Shown: piece after piece, positions 43,501-55,786 of the stretch
Numbering within the stretch: the first letter of the stretch is position 1
How the letters are laid out: the number at the start of each line of letters is the position of its first letter
The notes under the pieces: model-generated
Database searches by the model: none
Told to the model about the DNA's origin: nothing
The model's input: the letters and a program-made list of their open reading frames with translations, nothing else
Assembly: GCA_032718475.1 (NCBI GenBank)
Contig: JAUCBJ010008402.1
Span: 62,001 to 126,000, forward strand
Length of the DNA: 64,000 nt
Direction: 5' to 3'
Origin: Nemertoderma westbladi
Taxonomy: Eukaryota; Animalia; Xenacoelomorpha
Position numbers and translations under genes: made by a program

Positions 43501-46500
43501 ACTCAGCTAGCAACCACCCAGCTGCCCACTACTGTAAGCTGTAAATTATACTCAGCTAGCAACCACCAAGCTGCCCACTGTAAGCTGTAACATATACTCA
43601 GCTGGAAACCTCCCAGCAGCCCATTGTAAGCTGTAAATTATACTCAGCTAGCAACCACCAAGCTTCCCATTGTAAGCTGTAAATTATACTCAGCTAGTAA
43701 CCACCAAGCTGCCCACTGTAAGCTGTAACATATACTCAGCTAGCAACCTCCCAGCAGCCCATTGTAAGCTGTAAATTATACTCAGCTAGCAACCACCCAG
43801 CTGCCCACTACTGTAAGCTGTAAATTATACTCAGCTAGCAACCACCAAGCTGCCCACTGTAAGCTGTAACATATACTCAGCTGGAAACTTCCCAGCAGCC
43901 CATTGTAAGCTGTAAATTATACTCAGCTAGCAACCACCAAGCTGCCCATTGTAAGCTGTAAATTATACTGAGCTAGCAACCACCAAGCTGCCCACTGTAA
44001 GCTGTAACATATACTCAGCTAGCAACCACCCAGCTGCCCACTGTAAACTGTAACATATACTCAGCTACCAACCATCCAGCTGCCCACTATAAGCTGTTAC
44101 ATATACTCAGCTAGCAGCCACCCAGCTGCCCACTGTAAGCTGTATCATATACTCAGCTAGCAACCACGAAGCTGCCCACTGTAAGCTGTAACATATACTC
44201 AGCTAGCAGCCACCCAGCTGCTCAATGTAAGCTGTAACATATACTCAGTTACCAACTACCCAGCTGCCCACTGTAAGCTGTAACATATACTCAGCTACCA
44301 ACCACCCAGCTGCCCACTGTAAGCTGTAACATATACTCAGCTAGCAACCACCCAGCTGCGCACTGTAAGCTGTAACATATACTCAGCTAGCAACCACCCA
44401 GCTGCGCACTGTAAGCTGTAACATATACTCAGCTAGCAACCTCCCAGCAGCCCATTGTAAGCTGTAAGATAACCTCGGCTACCAACCATCCTTCCAGCTG
44501 CCCACTGTAAACTGTAAGATAACCTCAGCTACCAACCTTCCTTCCAGCTGCCAACTGTAAACTGTAAGATAACTTCAGCTACCAACCTCCCAGCTGGCCA
44601 CTGTAAACTGTAAGATAACCTCAGCTACCAACCTTCCAGCTGCCCACTGTAAACTGTAAGATAACCTCATCTACCAACCTTCCTTCCAGCTGCCCACTGT
44701 AAACTGTAAGATAACCTCGGCTACCAACCTTCCAGCTGCTCACTGTAAACTGTAAGATAACCTCAGCTACCAACCTTCCTTCCAGCTGCCAACTGTAAAC
44801 TGTAAGATAACCTCGGCTACCAACCATCCTTCCAGCTGCCAACTGTAAACTGTAAGATAACCTCAGCTACCAACCTTCCAGCTGCCCACTGTAAACTGTA
44901 AGATAACCTCGGCTACCAACCATCCAGCTGCCCACTGTAAACTGTAAGATAACCTCAGCTACCAACCTTCCAGCTGCCCACTGTAAACTGTAAGATAACC
45001 TCAGCTACCAACCTTCCAGCTGCCCACTGTAAACTGTAAGATAACCTCGGCTACCAACCATCCAGCAACCCACTGTAAACTGTAAGATAACCTCAGCTAC
45101 CAACCTTCCAGCTGCCCACTGTAAACTGTAAGATAACCTCGGCTACCAACCATCCAGCAACCCACTGTAAACTGTAAGATAACCTCAGCTACCAACCTTC
45201 CAGCTGCACACTGTAAACTGTAAGATAACCTCAGCTACCAACCTTCCTTCCAGCTGCCCACTGTAAACTGTAAGATAACCTCGGCTACCAACCTTCCAGC
45301 TGCCCACTGTAAACTGTAAGATAACCTCAGTTACCAACCTTCCTTCCAGCTGCCAACTGTAAACTGTAAGATAACCTCAGCTACCAACCTTCCAGCTGCC
45401 CACTGTAAACTGTAAGATAACCTCGGCTACCAACCATCCAGCAACCCACTGTAAACTGTAAGATAACCTCAGCTACCAACCTTCCAGCTGCACACTGTAA
45501 ACTGTAAGATAACCTCAGCTACCAACCTTCCAGCTGCCCACTGTAAACTGTAAGATAACCTCAGCTACCAACCTTCCAGCTGCCCACTGTAAACTGTAAG
45601 ATAACCTCAACTACCAACCACCAAGCTGTCCACTGTAAGCTGTAACATATAATCAGCTACCAACCACCCAGCTGCCCACTGTAAACTGTAACATATACTC
45701 AGCTAGCAACCACCAAGCTGCCCACTGTAAGCTGTAACATGGGTGCCCACTGTAAGCTGTAACATATACTCAACTAGCAACCACCCAGCTGCGCACTGTA
45801 AGCTGTAACATATACTCAGCTAGCAGCCACTCAGCTGCCCAATGTAAGCTGTAACATATACTCAGCTAGCAGCCACCCAGCTGCCCACTGTAAGCTGTAA
45901 CATATACTCAGCTAGCAACCACCAAGCAGCCCACTGTAAGCTGTAACATATACTCAGCTACCAACCTTCCAGCTGCCCACTGTAAGCTGTTACATATACT
46001 CAGCTAGCAACCACCAAGCTGCCCAATGTAAGCTGTAACATATACTCAGCTAGCAACCACCAAGCTGCCCACTGTAAGCTGTAACATATACTCAGCTAGC
46101 AACCACCCAGCTGCCCAATGTAAGCTGTAACATATAATCTGCTCGAAACAACCCAGCTGCCCACTGTAAGCTGTAACATATACTCAGCTAGCAACCACCC
46201 AGCTGCCCAATGTAAGCTGTAACATATACTCTGCTAGCAACCACCCAGCTGCCCACTGTAAGCTGTAACATATACTCTGCTACCAACCACCCAGCTGCCC
46301 ACTGTAAGCTGTAACATATACTCAGCTACCAACCACCCAGCTGCCCACTGTAAACTGTAACATATACTCAGCTACCAACTACCCAGCTGCACACTGTAAG
46401 CTGTAACATATACTCAGCTAGCAACCACCCAGCTGCCCACTGTAAGCTGTAACATATACTCAGCTACCAACCACCCAGCTGCCACTGTAAACTGTAACAT

Positions 46501-49500
46501 ATACTCAGCTACCAACTACTCAGCTGCCCACTGTAAGCTGTAACATATACTCAGCTAGCAACCACCCAGCTGCCCACTGTAAGCTGTAACATATACTCAG
46601 CTACCAACCACCAAGCTGCCCACTGTAAGCTGTAACATATACTCAGCTACCAACCACCCAGCTGCCCACTGTAAGCTGTAACATATACTCAGCTACCAAC
46701 CACCCAGCTGCCACTGTAAACTGTAACATATACTCAGCTACCAACTACCCAGCTGCCCACTGTAAGCTGTAACATATACTCAGCTAGCAACCACCCAGCT
46801 GCCCACTGTAAGCTGTAACATATACTCAGCTACCAACCACCAACCTGAACAATGTAAGCTGTAACATATACTCAGCTACCAACCACCCAGCTGCCCACTG
46901 TAAGCTGTAACATATACTCAGCTACCAACCACCAAGTTGCCAACTGTAAACTGTAACATATACTCAGCTACCAACTACCCAGCTGCCCACTGTAAGCTGT
47001 AACATATGCTCAGCTAGCAACCACCAAGCAGCCCACTGTAAGCTGTAACATATACTCAGCTACCAACCTTCCAGCTGCCCACTGTAAGCTGTTACATATA
47101 CTCAGCTAGCAACCACCAAGCTGCCCAATGTAAGCTGTAACATATACTCAGCTAGCAACCACCAAGCTGCCCACTGTAAGCTGTAACATATACTCAGCTA
47201 GCAACCACCCAGCTGCCCACTGTAAGCTTTAACATATACTCAGCTAGCAACCACCCAGCTGCCCAATGTAAGCTGTAACATATAATCTGCTAGCAACAAC
47301 CCAGCTGCCCACTGTAAGCTGTAACATATACTCAGCTAGCAACCTCCCAGCTGCCCAATGTAAGCTGTAACATATACTCTGCTAGCAACCACCCAGCTGC
47401 CCACTGTAAGCTGTAACATATACTCTGCTACCAACCACCCAGCTGCCCACTGTAAGCTGTAAATTATACTCAGCTAGCAACCACCAAGCTGCCCACTGTA
47501 AGCTGTAACATATACTCAGCTGGAAACCTCCCAGCAGCCCATTGTAAGCTGTAAATTATACTCAGCTAGCAACCACCAAGCTGCCCATTGTAAGCTGTAA
47601 ATTATACTCAGCTAGCAACCACCAAGCTGCCCACTGTAAGCTGTAACATATACTCAGCTAGCAACCTCCCAGCAGCCCATTGTAAGCTGTAAATTATACT
47701 CAGCTAGCAACCACCCAGCTGCCCACTACTGTAAGCTGTAAATTATACTCAGCTAGCAACCACCAAGCTGCCCACTGTAGGCTGTAACATATACTCAGCT
47801 GGAAACCTCCCAGCAGCCCATTGTAAGCTGTAAATTATACTCAGCTAGCAACCACCAAGCTGCCCATTGTAAGCTGTAAATTATACTCAGCTAGCAACCA
47901 CCAAGCTGCCCACTGTAAGCTGTAACATATACTCAGCTACCAACCACCCAGCTGCCCACTGTAAACTGTAACATATACTCAGCTACCAACCTTTCAGCTG
48001 CCCACTGTAAGCTGTAACATATACTCAGCTAGCAACCTCCCAGCAGCCCACTGTAAGCTGTATATTATACTCAGCTAGCAACCACCAAGCTGCCCACTGT
48101 AAGCTGTAACATATACTCAGCTACCAACCACCCAGCTGCCCACTGTAAGCTGTAACATATACTCAGCTACCAACCACCAAGTTGCCCACTGTAAACTGTA
48201 ACATATACTCAGCTACCAACTACCCAGCTGCCCACTGTAAGCTGTAACATATACTCAGCTAGCAACCTCCCAGCAGCCCACTGTAAGCTGTAACATATAC
48301 TCAGCTACCAACCACCCAGCTGCCCACTGTAAGCTGTAACATATACTCAGGTAGCAACCTCCCAGCAGCCCACTGTAAGCTGTAACATATACTCAGCTTC
48401 CAACCACCCAGCTGCGCACTGTAAGCTGTAACATATACTCAGCTAGCAGCCACCCAGCTGCGCACTGTAAGCTGTAACATATACTCAGCTACCAACCACC
48501 CAGCTGCCCACTGTAAACTGTAACATATACTCAGCTACTAACTACCCAGCTGCCCACTGTAAGCTGTAACATATACTCAGCTAGCAACCACCCAGCTGCC
48601 CACTGTAAGCTGTAACATATACTCAGCTACCAACCACCCAGCTGCCCACTGTAAACTGTAACATATACTCAGCTAGCTACCTCCCAGCAGCCCACTGTAA
48701 GCTGTAACATATAATCTGCTCGAAACAACCCAGCTGCCCACTGTAAGCTGTAACATATACTCAGCTAGCAACCACCCAGCTGCCCAATGTAAGCTGTAAC
48801 ATATACTCTGCTAGCAACCACCCAGCTGCCCACTGTAAGCTGTAACATATACTCTGCTACCAACCACCCAGCTGCCCACTGTAAGCTGTAACATATACTC
48901 AGCTACCAACCACCCAGCTGCCCACTGTAAACTGTAACATATACTCAGCTACCAACTACCCAGCTGCACACTGTAAGCTGTAACATATACTCAGCTAGCA
49001 ACCACCCAGCTGCCCACTGTAAGCTGTAACATATACTCAGCTACCAACCACCCAGCTGCCACTGTAAACTGTAACATATACTCAGCTACCAACTACTCAG
49101 CTGCCCACTGTAAGCTGTAACATATACTCAGCTAGCAACCACCCAGCTGCCCACTGTAAGCTGTAACATATACTCAGCTACCAACCACCAAGCTGCCCAC
49201 TGTAAGCTGTAACATATACTCAGCTACCAACCACCCAGCTGCCCACTGTAAGCTGTAACATATACTCAGCTACCAACCACCCAGCTGCCACTGTAAACTG
49301 TAACATATACTCAGCTACCAACTACCCAGCTGCCCACTGTAAGCTGTAACATATACTCAGCTAGCAACCACCCAGCTGCCCACTGTAAGCTGTAACATAT
49401 ACTCAGCTACCAACCACCAACCTGAACAATGTAAGCTGTAACATATACTCAGCTACCAACCACCCAGCTGCCCACTGTAAGCTGTAACATATACTCAGCT

Positions 49501-52500
49501 ACCAACCACCAAGTTGCCAACTGTAAACTGTAACATATACTCAGCTACCAACTACCCAGCTGCCCACTGTAAGCTGTAACATATGCTCAGCTAGCAACCA
49601 CCAAGCAGCCCACTGTAAGCTGTAACATATACTCAGCTACCAACCTTCCAGCTGCCCACTGTAAGCTGTTACATATACTCAGCTAGCAACCACCAAGCTG
49701 CCCAATGTAAGCTGTAACATATACTCAGCTAGCAACCACCAAGCTGCCCACTGTAAGCTGTAACATATACTCAGCTAGCAACCACCCAGCTGCCCACTGT
49801 AAGCTTTAACATATACTCAGCTAGCAACCACCCAGCTGCCCAATGTAAGCTGTAACATATAATCTGCTAGCAACAACCCAGCTGCCCACTGTAAGCTGTA
49901 ACATATACTCAGCTAGCAACCTCCCAGCTGCCCAATGTAAGCTGTAACATATACTCTGCTAGCAACCACCCAGCTGCCCACTGTAAGCTGTAACATATAC
50001 TCTGCTACCAACCACCCAGCTGCCCACTGTAAGCTGTAAATTATACTCAGCTAGCAACCACCAAGCTGCCCACTGTAAGCTGTAACATATACTCAGCTGG
50101 AAACCTCCCAGCAGCCCATTGTAAGCTGTAAATTATACTCAGCTAGCAACCACCAAGCTGCCCATTGTAAGCTGTAAATTATACTCAGCTAGCAACCACC
50201 AAGCTGCCCACTGTAAGCTGTAACATATACTCAGCTAGCAACCTCCCAGCAGCCCATTGTAAGCTGTAAATTATACTCAGCTAGCAACCACCCAGCTGCC
50301 CACTACTGTAAGCTGTAAATTATACTCAGCTAGCAACCACCAAGCTGCCCACTGTAGGCTGTAACATATACTCAGCTGGAAACCTCCCAGCAGCCCATTG
50401 TAAGCTGTAAATTATACTCAGCTAGCAACCACCAAGCTGCCCATTGTAAGCTGTAAATTATACTCAGCTAGCAACCACCAAGCTGCCCACTGTAAGCTGT
50501 AACATATACTCAGCTACCAACCACCCAGCTGCCCACTGTAAACTGTAACATATACTCAGCTACCAACCTTTCAGCTGCCCACTGTAAGCTGTAACATATA
50601 CTCAGCTAGCAACCTCCCAGCAGCCCACTGTAAGCTGTATATTATACTCAGCTAGCAACCACCAAGCTGCCCACTGTAAGCTGTAACATATACTCAGCTA
50701 CCAACCACCCAGCTGCCCACTGTAAGCTGTAACATATACTCAGCTACCAACCACCAAGTTGCCCACTGTAAACTGTAACATATACTCAGCTACCAACTAC
50801 CCAGCTGCCCACTGTAAGCTGTAACATATACTCAGCTAGCAACCTCCCAGCAGCCCACTGTAAGCTGTAACATATACTCAGCTACCAACCACCCAGCTGC
50901 CCACTGTAAGCTGTAACATATACTCAGGTAGCAACCTCCCAGCAGCCCACTGTAAGCTGTAACATATACTCAGCTTCCAACCACCCAGCTGCGCACTGTA
51001 AGCTGTAACATATACTCAGCTAGCAGCCACCCAGCTGCGCACTGTAAGCTGTAACATATACTCAGCTACCAACCACCCAGCTGCCCACTGTAAACTGTAA
51101 CATATACTCAGCTACTAACTACCCAGCTGCCCACTGTAAGCTGTAACATATACTCAGCTAGCAACCACCCAGCTGCCCACTGTAAGCTGTAACATATACT
51201 CAGCTACCAACCACCCAGCTGCCCACTGTAAACTGTAACATATACTCAGCTAGCTACCTCCCAGCAGCCCACTGTAATCTGTAACATATACTCAGCTACC
51301 AACCACCCAGCTGCCCACTGTAAGCTGTAACATATACTCTGCTACCAACCACCCAGCTGCCCACTGTAAGCTGTAACATATATTCAGCTACCAACCACCT
51401 AGCTGCCCACTGTAAACTGTAACATTACTCAGCTACCAACTACCCAGCTGCCCACTGTAAACTGTAATATATACTCAGCTACCAACTACCCAGCTGCCCA
51501 CTGTAAGCTGTAACATATACTCAGCTACCAACTACCCAGCTGCCCACTGTAAGCTGTAACATATACTCAGCTAGCAACCACCCAGCTGCCCACTGTAAGC
51601 TGTAACATATACTCAGCTACCAACCACCAAGTTGCCCACTGTAAGCTGTAACATATGCTCAGCTAGCAACCACCAAGCTGCCCACTGTAAGCTGTAACAT
51701 ATACTCAGCTACCAACCACCAAGTTGCCCACTGTAAGCTGTAACATATGCTCAGCTAGCAACCACCAAGCTGCCCACTGTAAGCTGTGACATATACTCAG
51801 CTACCAACCACCAAGCTGCCCACTGTAAGCTGTAACATATGCTCAGCTAGCAACCACCAAGCTGCCCACTGTAAGCTGTAACATATACTCAGCTACCAAC
51901 CACCCAGCTGCCCACTGTAAACTGTAACATATGCTCAGCTAGCAACCACCAAGCTGCCCACTGTAAGCTGTAACATATACTCAGCTACCAACCACCAAGT
52001 TGCCCACTGTAAGCTGTAACATATGCTCAGCTAGCAACCACCAAGCTGCCCACTGTAAGCTGTAACATATACTCAGCTACCAACCACCCAGCTGCCCACT
52101 GTAAACTGTAACATATGCTCAGCTAGCAACCACCAAGCTGCCCACTGTAAGCTGTAACATATACTCAGCTACCAACCACCAAGTTGCCCACTGTAAGCTG
52201 TAACATATGCTCAGCTAGCAACCACCAAGCTGCCCACTGTAAGCTATGACATATACTCAGCTACCAACCACCAAGCTGCCCACTGTAAGCTGTAACATAT
52301 GCTCAGCTAGCAACCACCAAGCTGCCCACTGTAAGCTGTAACATATACTCAGCTACCAACCACCCAGCTGCCCACTGTAAACTGTAACATATGCTCAGCT
52401 AGCAACCACCAAGCTGCCCACTGTAAGCTGTAACATATACTCAGCTACCAACCACCAAGTTGCCCACTGTAAGCTGTAACATATGCTCAGCTAGCAACCA

Positions 52501-52727
52501 CCAAGCTGCCCACTGTAAGCTGTAACATATACTCAGCTACCAACCACCCAGCTGCCCACTGTAAACTGTAACATATGCTCAGCTAGCAACCACCAAGCTG
52601 CCCACTGTAAGCTGTAACATATACTCAGCTACCAACCACCAAGTTGCCCACTGTAAGCTGTAACATATGCTCAGCTAGCAACCACCAAGTTGCCCACTAT
52701 AAGCTGTAACATATGCTCAGCTAGCAA
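16505..52727. repeat. 46-bp tandem satellite, ~36 kb (~780 units), two subfamilies
   Basis: A: CCCACTGTAAACTGTAAGATAACCTCAGCTACCAACCTTCCAGCTG (with 45- and 50-bp variants); B: CCCACTGTAAGCTGTAACATATACTCAGCTAGCAACCACCCAGCTG. Confidence 0.98.
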
Positions 52728-53459
52728 TCAGAATCTCCCAGCATCCCCTACTGTGTTTTCCTGGACTCTGGGATTCCAAATATTCCCTAACAACGGATTC
52801 CTTCCATGAGATTATCGATTTATCCTCTTTATATAAAATATTATTAGTAGTAGTAGTAGCTCGTAGTGTCTCATCTCACAATAATTTGGTACCAACATAT
52901 TGTCCTTTGGAAGGGAGTACGGTATTTTTCGTAGAATATTTATTCCGCTTTCACGAAATAATATTTTCATATCGTAAATATATTACCGGTATACAGTTTT
53001 TTTAGGACGACTGGTGCAATTTTATTCATTCCTAATGTACAGCAGTTATGGCTGATATTTTTTTATTAACCCTAATATAATTTTTATAAAGTATTTGTTA
53101 TAAATTCTTTACTCTCTGTATTTTGTAATTTACTTTTATCCAAATTCATCAACTTTTAACAGATTTCCCCAATTTAATAGTTAAAATAATTGTAACGTAA
53201 TGTAAACAACAGATATGTACACCTTCAACAGTGTTATATTACCGGTGAGTGGAAACAATATCAAAACTTGGTCCTTTCCTACTGCTATATCAGTTTTTAT
53301 TTTCATGCCTCTTGTGAAGCTGTCCGAAGCGGTAAGCATTAATTATCAAACAACTTTATTTATGTAATACAATTTGTTTTATCGTAGTTGTTTGCAGTAA
53401 TTGTTTTAATGTTTTTGGTTGTTTTTCGAATAACTTGATGTACCGCTTTGACTTTTACA

Positions 53460-53610
53460 GGTACCGGTTAACTATATGTTAATTGTTAATATGTCAGTAC
53501 CGGTTAAATATGTGTTAACCTATGTTAACCAGTACAGTACCGATTAAATATATGTTAACATGTACAGTACCGATTAAATATGTTAACATGTATGTATAGT
53601 ACCGGTTACT
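53460..53610. repeat. Short degenerate minisatellite (GTACCG(G/A)TTAAATAT...GTTAAC), about 5 copies
   Basis: Repeated GTACCG...TTAA...ATGTTAAC units seen directly. Confidence 0.65.
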
Positions 53611-53639
53611 ACTACAATCGTCATGCTGCATTGCAGCTG

Positions 53640-54295
53640 CGTTATATATATATATTACATATATAAGAATTGGATATATATTATTCACAACTCCCTATCA
53701 CTCATGACATTTGCTAGATCATTCGCATCTTCAAGGCCAGTGTCCTTTAAGATGCGTCTCAAGAAAGTCATGGGCTGTCCACCATGCTTATTCACTCCAT
53801 GAGGCTGCCAAAGTACAAGATTATGCACTGGCTAGTCCTCACGGCGAAAGCAATGACCTGCAAAGCGGAGATGATTTTGTTTTAGTGTCAAGCTTGGGGG
53901 AACCAATGAGACACCTCCAATGTTATATAGTGTCTGGTTGGAGATGTGTGCATTGTACTTGACACAATGAACCCGGCGTAGCATTCTTGTGAATGTGCCA
54001 TCCAGAGATTTGGTGTCTTCAGCAGTTAGAGCCCAGCATGGACTCCCGTAGAGGGGTACTGGAACTACTGCTGCTCTAAATAATCGGACCTTAAGTTTCC
54101 GATTAATTCTCGGTGACTTCCAAATCCTGGAAAGCCTATTCAAGGCTGCCCATGCCTTTCCCTTACGTATTCGAAGGTCCTCACCTGACTTCCGGATCCA
54201 TGATCCCAGGTAACAGAAGTCGTCCACATGCTCAAGCATACCATCCTTTGAGCTTATGCTCATCCGATCAGAGACTTGCTCGAGGACTTTCAAAG
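53640..54295 (-). mobile_element. RTE/RTEX-like LINE 3' fragment
   Basis: LEHVDDFCYLGSWI...RKGKAWAALNRLSRIWKS...LYGSPCW...LRFAGHCFR, then WQPHG...KDTGL...MSDRELW in a shifted frame; (TA)n-like tail near 53645. Confidence 0.9.
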
Positions 54296-54484
54296 ATAAC
54301 TGTCAAAATTTTGGAGCGGAGGCGACTTTGTTCTAGTGTCAAGCTTGGGGAACCAATGAGACACCTCCAATGTTATATAGTGTCTGGTTGGAGATGTGTG
54401 CATTGTGCTTCACATAATGAACCGGGCGCAGCAGGGGTACCGATATGACATAATATGTCAACCTGTACAGTACCAGATTAATTA

Positions 54485-54849
54485 GCTCTAAGGATGGTGT
54501 TGTTGAGCATGTGGACGACTTCTGTTACCACCTGGGATCATGGATCCGGAAGTCAGGTGAGGACCTTCGAATACGTAAGGGAAAGGCATGGGCAGCCTTG
54601 AATAGGCTTTCCCGGATTTGGAAGTCACCGAGAATTAATCGGAAACTTAAGGTCCGATTATTTAGAGCAGCAGTAGTTCCAGTACTCCTCTATGGGAGTC
54701 CATGCTGGGCTCTAACTGCTGAGGACAACAAATCTCTGGATGACACATTTACAAGAATGCTACGCCGGGTTCACTTTATCAAGTACAATGAACACATCTC
54801 CAACCAAACACGATATACCATTGGAGGTGTCTCAATGGTTCCCTCAAGA
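54485..54849 (+). mobile_element. Second, inverted copy of the same RTE-like fragment
   Basis: Near-identical reverse complement of ~53890-54253; ORF 54511-54993. Confidence 0.9.
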
Positions 54850-54889
54850 TTGGGACTTAATGGGGGAGAGGGGGGGGGGGGGGGGGGGG

Positions 54890-55495
54890 GGGAGTTGACT
54901 ATTAAACTAAAAATGTTTGTTCCCTTATTTAGAAGACTTCGTTTTATCCAAATTTATTGGCATTTGGCACACATGTATAGAATAGGTGGATAAAAAATTT
55001 CAAAAAAAATTTTCGAAATTTTTAATTTTTGCCAAATTTACATACTTTCTGCAAAAAAAATTTTAAATGCAAAGGCTCTTAGAGGGATGGCCATCAAGTG
55101 CTCAAAATTTCATCATTTCTGCAGAATGGCTAAATCGACCTTATGAACAGAATTTTGATAAATGCTTATGTTCAAAAATTATTTAAAAAAAATAAACGAT
55201 TTTCTTGCCATATTTCAGCTATAACAATGAAAATAAAAAAAAGTGGTCATAGGAGGTGTTAAGCATCAATCACCCAGTCTTCATTCGAGCCAAATTTCAC
55301 ACAAATTGGTTCATTTTTAGAAGTTGCATTTTGAAATTTAAAATTTGCATTCTTCAGAAAACGCATTTAAAGTTTATGCTTAGGGTAATTCTGTCCTATG
55401 AAATGTTAGAATGCACTCAACCGCGCTTAAAATATTGTTGCAAGGGTTTTCCTTGTGATTGTGATCCTTGCAAGGTGATTTCATTTCTAAAGTCA
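54890..55495. mobile_element. Possible non-autonomous DNA transposon remnant
   Basis: AT-rich with AAAAAAATTTT quasi-palindromes and GCCAAATTT(C/A)CA motifs typical of invertebrate MITE-like elements; no TIR pair or TSD identified. Confidence 0.3.
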
Positions 55496-55786
55496 GTTTA
55501 CTCGTCTGACAAAGTCATATCTGTCTGTCATTGCTGTCTGTCTGTCCGTCACAACATAACCGACTACTGGAAATGAGATCCTTCCAGGCTTCCCGATTCT
55601 CCATAGTGGTCGCAATTTCGTTTCTCCCAAGTTCAGTATCCCTTTCAAGTTAATCTATATATGTTATGGCCGGTCGTCCACGACTACGCTTTCCATGAGT
55701 TGGTTGCCAGAGAAGTAGATCTGGTATGACCTTGTCTTTACTTCGCCAGCAGTGCCCACTGATTCTTAATTGCGTTCACGGAGGGT

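Noticed and set aside
21370-44842. Short minus-strand ORFs in the 46-bp satellite
   Set aside because: Chance loss of TGA stops in variant units.
1-52727. CRISPR-like appearance of the short-unit arrays
   Set aside because: Head-to-tail units with no unique spacers, no cas genes, eukaryotic context.
16505-52727. Ribozyme cores in the satellite monomers
   Set aside because: No CUGANGA plus GAAA core found on either strand of the 46- or 47-bp units.
52730-52830. Minus-strand IDNL...IFGIPES resembling a LINE ORF1 motif
   Set aside because: Too short and interrupted by stops.
53200-53340. Possible micro-exons ending in GTGAGT (53245) or GTAAGC (53332)
   Set aside because: Weak acceptors and no resemblance to the expected next Rab11-FIP exon.
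54857-55650. Kolobok-type TTAA-GGG...CCCTT termini
   Set aside because: The right-hand candidate end lies within RTE coding sequence.
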